DNA of 63,732 nucleotides, the filler included, from Bigelowiella natans CCMP2755 (Eukaryota > Protista > Cercozoa), in NCBI GenBank assembly GCA_000320545.1. It is 5 parts of 5 records of this genome, joined end to end, with 100 filler letters (N's around TTAATTAATTAA, not from the genome) between each part and the next. Parts side by side here need not be neighbours in the genome. Positions count along the whole stretch, not along the records: positions 59,418 to 62,421 come from ADNK01002445.1; positions 62,522 to 63,732 come from ADNK01001295.1; 3 more parts are not named here. One strand, 5' to 3'. The notes below the pieces were generated by a model that saw only the letters and a list, made by a program, of their open reading frames with translations, had not been told where the DNA came from and searched no databases. Each line of letters begins with the position of its first letter. Position 1 is the stretch's first letter. Of this stretch, positions 59,418 to 63,732 are shown one piece after another. Position numbers and translations under genes: made by a program.

Positions 59418-60191
59418 TGTGTTTGTATGTGTGTGCGTGTGTTTGTATTTATTCGCATTTGTAAGGAAGGTAAGGCAGGTGGGAGCGACATTCTTCGAGG
59501 TGCCGCAAAATCTCGTCTCTCCCTCCGAATAGCCGACGTCAAATCGATGCGTTGGCTCGACGAAGATAAGGAAGAGTGTTTGCGAGGTGGTCTCACAGGT
59601 GTCGCCAGCGCTGCAGTAGCAAGGTAGTAGTAGTAGTAGTAGTAGTAGTAGTTGAAGTACATTTGTTAGATTTGAGCCGGAGTATTGACGAAGTCAATGA
59701 GTGTGTGAATGTGTCTGAATGTATCTAAATGTATGTGTGTGTGTGTGTGTGTGTGATGCGTTTATGTTTGCGTGATTGTTGCACAACTTCAGGATGTACA
59801 TATTCAGTAACTAATTTCAAAGAGAGAATTCCTTGGTGTAAGATAGGAAATTGTATTTAAATATGTACGCATCATATGCGTGAATGGGTAAACAGAAAGT
59901 AAAGTCTAAAGCATTCATGCTTCCTCAAAATCCATCGAAATCCCCTTTGTTCTTAACATTTCTCTTCTTCTACACCTACTATCAGACTATCAGCACCCAC
60001 TCGCAATTTACCCTCCCCATCCAGTTCCCTCTCTCTCCGGCCTGATTGTGATGTAGCTGCCAGAGTCGTAGCAGGTGCATTCTTCGTTGGGTTCTACCGA
60101 AGCGGTGACCTTCGAGGAGGATAACATTTAGACATGCCGACGATGAAACGAATCAAGCATATTTGGTTATGAAGGCAGGATTCCCTCGCTT

Positions 60192-60234
<43 letters not shown>

Positions 60235-60924
60235 CTCCGTATATTTCTCTCCATAAATCTATCTCGTTTGTGTCAAGGCAAAAGCAATATTGTCATTCAT
60301 GCACTGAACCCTCTCTCCCTCCCACCCCCCCCCCCTTCTATCCCCAATTCATATTCTGATCACAGGTGCTACTACGTTTCCGTCCCGTACCTCATTGACT
60401 CCCTCCGTGCAGTTCCCACACGTTCCCACCCGCCAATTTACTCCTTGGCACTGGATGTAAAGAGGCGTGCTGTCGCGTATTGCCCGCGCAATTGTCTGAG
60501 CAATAACCTGATCTGTGCAGGTGTGAGTCAGGAGCATAGAGCCTATACTTCCAATCCTCACGGCGTTATAGGCCGAGGGGTCCAGCTGCTGTGTGAATTC
60601 ATCCCAGATTGCCGGCTCTGGACTTTCGCAGGTCGCAACTTGCCCTGCCCAATGCAGATGGGGAAGTAGCATTGGAGGGAAGAGGGGAGATTGATTAGGC
60701 TGCTGTCGCGAATATGATTAAGTTATCTCTGCGAGCAGTAGGCCGCGGGGACCGATCATTCATAATAACAGAGACCAAAACTAGCATCGTGGAGCCCCCC
60801 TTATCTTTCTCCTTCGTATGCACATCTTATCTAAGTAGCAACCTGTGACATAGCCGAGGGAGAGCTGGAATTGAGCGTGTGCCCCTAATGCAAACCATAG
60901 AAGTACGTGCAACAAAACCCTCAT
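59418..60924 (-). CDS. Secreted protein with an N-terminal ~140-aa Cys-rich domain; multi-exon, probably truncated by gap
   Basis: Signal peptide MRVLLHVLLWFALGAHA. Four exons join in phase through GT-AG introns (exon ends at 60391 and 60012; exon starts at 60109 and 59610): QFQLSLGYVTGQVATC...IWDEFTQQL...HTCTDQVIAQTIARAIR...QCQGVNWRVGTCG...CTCYDSGSYITIRPEREGTGWGGAGDTCETTSQTLFLIF. Confidence 0.75.
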
Positions 60925-61805
60925 TGTTTGGGAGGGAGGAAGGAAGGGACGCCAGAAGTCGGCAAGAAGTGAGCCTGGCGCACGCCACGTGCACTACATG
61001 CAATTAAGAAAAAACAAAATCTAGAAATACTTTTAAGAGACAATAGGTATGTTTCCGGTCGTTCGGTGAAAACAGCTTCTCCGCGGCCTCAAATTCTGTA
61101 GAAATCCAATCCATCTGATTGCAGGCGGGGAAATAAAGTGAACACCACTGAGATGAAACTCACGGGAGGATTAATTTGCGTTTCCGATCACGTTGGAATG
61201 AGCTTCCGATTGTGCTTTGTGCATCAAAGGTTGCAAAGGAAGTGGTGCAACTCACAGAACCTTTCCTTCCCAGTGTCCACGCGTCACCACCGGATAAATT
61301 TATTTGACAACACATGGAAAAAATGTATATTTTTTAGGTAAGATCGTCTTGTCTTATGTGCTAACTTTACTCTCAATAGATCTCCAATATGTATCATTAA
61401 CTTTGTGCTGCCTTCACAAATTCTCAGGATTCGCATTGACAAATCATTCCTCCTAAACAAGAACGTTTTGTTCTTTTAAACAGAATTATGCATTGTCGTC
61501 ATTTTAAAATAACATCTTTTTCGGAGCATCGGTAAATCTCAACGTAGAAAGATTGTGCGAGTAGTCTGAATGATTCCGACGGCTGTGAGGCATTGCCTCG
61601 CACGAGAGATTCTGAGAGAAACCTCCTCGGAAATCTCCAGAAATCTCGGGTCTGACTCTGATCGTGGACTCGAGGACTGGGCGACCATGCTGGCAGCACG
61701 TTGTGTCTCCACTACAGCTTTCTCAGATGCAGGTTGTTGGCTAGTTGAGTGACTCACCACCAACAGGGTGCTGACAAGTCCTTGCAACGACTGTTGTTGA
61801 GGCTC

Positions 61806-62421
61806 TGTTGCATGCACACGCCTGTCTCCCATGTGGTTTTGGCGCACGCATGTAGCGCGTACCACTACGCGGGCACAAGTCACGTGCGACAACAAAGGGG
61901 TTGTCGCGGATATAGAATATAGATAACGTAGATATTAATACAGCATAGGCACGTGGGTTCCGGCGGGACTCATGGCAGCACACCGGAAGTGTGCTGCCCC
62001 ACGTGCGGCGGCATTCGCGAAAGCTTCGCGAATGATTACGCAGTGCACGATTTAATAAAAATATAATCTTTAATAAAAATAAACACAACTCTTCAAAAGG
62101 AAGCAAACGTGCCTTTCCCCCCCCCTGCCTACTTGTGCACGTAGCGCCTCGGCCTGTGAACACCTTACGCGCAACAACCTTTGGCTTCCACACACGGGAA
62201 ACGATTTGACTAACAATGTCACAGCAGCTAGAAGAACAGCAGGACTTTGGCTCGCAGGCCGTGCAAGGGCACGAGCAGAAACAGGAAAGGAAGGGCGATA
62301 CGGACGCTAAGGAAGGAGGAGGAACACCTCCACAGGCACCGCCGGGACCAGCACCCGGGATTAAGAAAGCAGATGCAGCAGCAGAGGCACTGGAGAACTT
62401 CTACGAGGCGGACGACGAGGA
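61806..62421 (+). mobile_element. Probable 5' end of an LTR retrotransposon (LTR, PBS-like site, start of gag-like ORF), cut by gap
   Basis: The candidate LTR ends ...GCGCAACA at 62176 and starts at TGTTGC (61806) or TGTCGC (61902). It contains AATAAA-rich tracts. A TGG-initiated PBS-like sequence (TGGCTTCCACACACGGGA) follows at 62182. An intronless low-complexity ORF starts at 62216 and runs into the gap. No pol domains or second LTR are visible. Confidence 0.5.
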
Positions 62422-62521
62422 NNNNNNNNNNNNNNNNNNNNNNNNNNNNNNNNNNNNNNNNNNNNTTAATTAATTAANNNNNNNNNNNNNNNNNNNNNNN
62501 NNNNNNNNNNNNNNNNNNNNN
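62422..62521. other. Scaffold gap with artificial TTAATTAATTAA linker
   Basis: A 100-nt N block with the central linker. Confidence 0.97.
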
Positions 62522-63042
62522 TTTAGTTCAATGTACTCTAAAATCATATTTTTCGAAAGTATGAAAGCCGTTATGAGAACCCAAAAGAAAACAAGAATAC
62601 CTTACCACAACTAAATTGTCCAGCAGATCCAGGAAAGATCTGGACTTGAACAGTGGAATGTTGACTATGTTTTTTCTAATTTTTTGCCATTCAATTATGT
62701 CGTATCACCTTTATGAATTGTATTTCATCTCATTTTATATTCTCTATCCAGCAACTTGAGGCTGAGACACCGCCTGAAAAATACTGATCCTGGCCCAATC
62801 CCATCCACCACCTTCAGCCTCCCACCCGCGTCCAATTTAGCACTAGTGGTCGTTCAAAGGGGAAAATAAGGTTTTCTAAATCTATATCATAGCAATTGAT
62901 CCGCATTTCTACTAGAATAGCCCTCGCACCCTTCTGCCATTCATAGAAATGGACATTTTTGGAAGCTCCATGAAACGTGTGTTTTTATCTTTGCTCTCAA
63001 ACGCTCTACTCAATTTAAGGGCCGCGCGCAGAGGCAAGAACG

Positions 63043-63488
63043 ATGTCGGAAAAAGTTGAGAAAATTAATGCAGTGGCCTTTCACCCTACTCTACCCCATA
63101 TTGCTGCCGTCGGAGAGAGTCCCACTGCAAGGGTAAGGACAGAACATCACTAGTTTCATGTAGTCACAGGAATCGACACTGTGTGAGAATGCACTTCTGG
63201 TTATAAGCGAGGATGTGAAGGGAGAGGGCTTTTATGATAGAATGATATGAATACCCGGTTTCGTTCGGGCCTTATTTCATGCGAGATGGGGTCAGGAAAG
63301 TAAGGCTGCACGCTCGATGTTGTTTCCAGGTTTATGATCTCGTCAGTGGGAAGTACGTCGCCTTCATGCCCCTTCCTGGGCTCGGAAATAATGTCTGCTA
63401 TTCACACGATGGTAATAAGGGAGAAATGGAAGGGTGTCATTTGAGTTCCAAGCAGCCACGCAAACTCTTTCTCTCTCTCCCTCTCTCC

Positions 63489-63542
<54 letters not shown>

Positions 63543-63732
63543 AATATATGTGTACTATTTCAACGACGCGTATGAATTATATGGTCACATACACGAGCAG
63601 GGCGCTTTCTAGCAACGGCCACCTTTGATCAAGACTGGAACGCAGCGATAACCCCGAAACTCCATCTCCTTATGAGGTGCCGAGTATGATGCACTAACCC
63701 CTACTCCTCCTTTTGTTTTGTCTAAGCGACAC
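63043..63732 (+). CDS. WD40-repeat protein, 5' part (runs off window)
   Basis: The spliced sequence MSEKVEKINAVAFHPTLPHIAAVGESPTAR|VYDLVSGKYVAFMPLPGLGNNVCYSHD|GRFLATATFDQ has WD40 blade patterns. Confidence 0.75.

Noticed and set aside
59427-59627. Plus-strand ORF containing CLRGG
   Set aside because: This is a shadow frame. The minus strand here splices in phase and completes the Cys-rich domain.
61949-62006. Hammerhead-ribozyme-like string on the minus strand (CUGCCAUGAGUCCC...GGAAC)
   Set aside because: It lacks the exact CUGANGA and GAAA core nucleotides. Kept only as a generic structured element.
62522-63042. Possible minus-strand exons after the last gap
   Set aside because: There are splice-like sites but no recognisable protein or consistent frame, so support is insufficient.

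Overview
Intron-rich eukaryotic nuclear DNA. A chlorarachniophyte alga such as Bigelowiella is my inference, from the bipartite signal+transit leaders, microsatellite-filled introns and compact gene spacing. Four 100-nt scaffold gaps each carry a TTAATTAATTAA linker. Exons were spliced by eye, so internal boundaries are approximate. About 15 protein genes lie in almost strictly alternating orientation: a ~19-kb BLTP1/Csf1-like lipid-transfer gene (-), class 2 DHODH (+), FAH-family hydrolase (-), a membrane protein (+), a secreted mucin-like protein (-), a Zn-ribbon protein (-), an intronless signal+LRGG orphan ORF (+), LENG1/Cir_N with RanBP2 fingers (-), a plastid-type TLDc protein (+), [2Fe-2S]-type mitochondrial ferrochelatase (-), FkbM methyltransferase (+), DUF985 cupin (-), PAN/apple protein (+), a secreted Cys-rich-domain protein (-), then a probable LTR-retroelement 5' end and a WD40 gene (+) running off the window. 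The most unusual signal is not a gene. A ~1.1-kb island (33429-34520) has lost every TpA except those in CTA/TAG context, while CpA/TpG are abundant and CpG is retained. A second such patch sits beside the retroelement. This looks like a context-specific TpA->TpG/CpA hypermutation acting on dead or repetitive DNA, opposite in direction to fungal RIP.
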